Of a stretch of 64,000 nt of DNA, positions 63,427 through 64,000 are shown in pieces (position 1 is the stretch's first letter; the number at the start of each line of letters is the position of its first letter). Below the pieces are notes generated by a model, which saw only the letters and a program-made list of their open reading frames with translations, was not told where the DNA came from and ran no database searches. Origin of the DNA: a bacterium. Lineage in GTDB: Bacteria > Patescibacteriota > Gracilibacteria > UBA4473. The stretch is from the NCBI GenBank assembly GCA_009995455.1, contig JAACPJ010000001.1:150991-214990 (forward strand), in the 5' to 3' direction. The translations under genes and the position numbers were made by a program.

Positions 63427-64000
63427 ATGAAAAAAAAGATCTGTCTCTTTGGCGCGTCGGGTTTACTGGGCTCAGAATTTAAAAAAATCTTTGAAGCCCA
63501 GAATCTAAATTTTATAGCGCCTAAAAGTAACGAGGTTTCGCTTCTTAAACACGATAAAGTGCTGGATTACTTAAAGACTGAAAAGCCTGATTTAATCGTT
63601 AATTGTGCCGCTTACACGGCGGTCGATAAAGCGGAGACCAATAAAGAAATTTGTTTCAAGCTTAATGCCGAAGCGGTTCAAAATTTAGTGAAAGCGGGGA
63701 TTCCCCTGATAAATTTTTCAACCGAATACGTTTTTAACGCTCCAGCCGATTTAGAAATTCCTGAAGATTACCCGCGTGACCCTCAATCGGTTTATGGTAA
63801 ATCAAAGGCTAAGGGTGAAGAAGCTTTAGAAGCGTCAGACATTGACTGGTGGAACATACGAACTAGTTGGTTGTGGAGTGAAGGCAGTAACAATTTTGTT
63901 TCGACGATTCAACGGTTAAGCGAAAAATACGATGAGATTAAAATCATTGATGACCAAATTGGACGCCCTACTTATGCGCCAGAATTGGCGGCTTTTGTGG
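63427..64000 (+). CDS. rfbD: dTDP-4-dehydrorhamnose reductase (partial, runs off the right edge)
   Basis: Translates MKKKICLFGASGLLGSEF...DLIVNCAAYTAVDKAE...INFSTEYVF, the RmlD N-terminal Rossmann and catalytic pattern. Confidence 0.8.
   Translation, partial: MKKKICLFGASGLLGSEFKKIFEAQNLNFIAPKSNEVSLLKHDKVLDYLKTEKPDLIVNCAAYTAVDKAETNKEICFKLNAEAVQNLVKAGIPLINFSTEYVFNAPADLEIPEDYPRDPQSVYGKSKAKGEEALEASDIDWWNIRTSWLWSEGSNNFVSTIQRLSEKYDEIKIIDDQIGRPTYAPELAAFV

Noticed and set aside
1-64000. CRISPR arrays, rRNA operons, tmRNA, SRP RNA
   Set aside because: No regularly spaced direct repeats were seen. No rRNA-like conserved blocks, no tmRNA tag/acceptor signature and no SRP domain-IV motif were seen in any intergenic region. 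The only RNA genes supported are two tRNAs and rnpB.

Overview
64-kb window of a compact bacterial chromosome (standard code; TGA is used as a stop). No rRNA genes or CRISPR arrays were seen. Housekeeping genes (ruvC, murJ, alaS, dprA, valS, radA, smpB, dnaG, rbfA, rdgB, rfbB/rfbD, two tRNAs, RNase P RNA) sit among many orphan and secreted proteins. By inference only, the gene content resembles a reduced-genome monoderm of the CPR/Patescibacteria type: a DUF4012 protein, a lamin-tail-domain secreted protein, an AlaRS without C-Ala, a Tad locus without a secretin, and primase and DinG-like proteins with degenerate motifs. The main accessory region is a composite integrative island at tRNA-Asn, about 19.8-30.1 kb. 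It has an intact large serine recombinase whose 3' end runs antisense into the tRNA. About 6.7 kb further on there is a repeat of the tRNA 3' end, abutted by the start-less C-terminal remnant of a homologous recombinase. The island carries two defence-like cargo modules. One is AlbA_2/Schlafen-like + Panacea(DUF4065)-like + a 649-aa protein with three C-terminal TM helices. The other is a translationally coupled MazG-like pyrophosphohydrolase + GIY-YIG-DUF2075 (Schlafen-type) helicase. Outside the island, valS carries a ~185-aa histidine-phosphatase (RHG) domain inserted in its catalytic core. valS also contains an in-frame copy of a G5/C5 palindromic repeat that occurs intergenically elsewhere. 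Upstream of valS is a 12-codon Val-Val-Val leader ORF with mutually exclusive antiterminator and terminator hairpins. A seven-gene Tad-like pilus operon (54.5-60.1 kb) begins with a DUF192-TadE fusion and has no visible Flp pilin, prepilin peptidase or secretin. All family calls rest on motifs read by eye; no database search was run.
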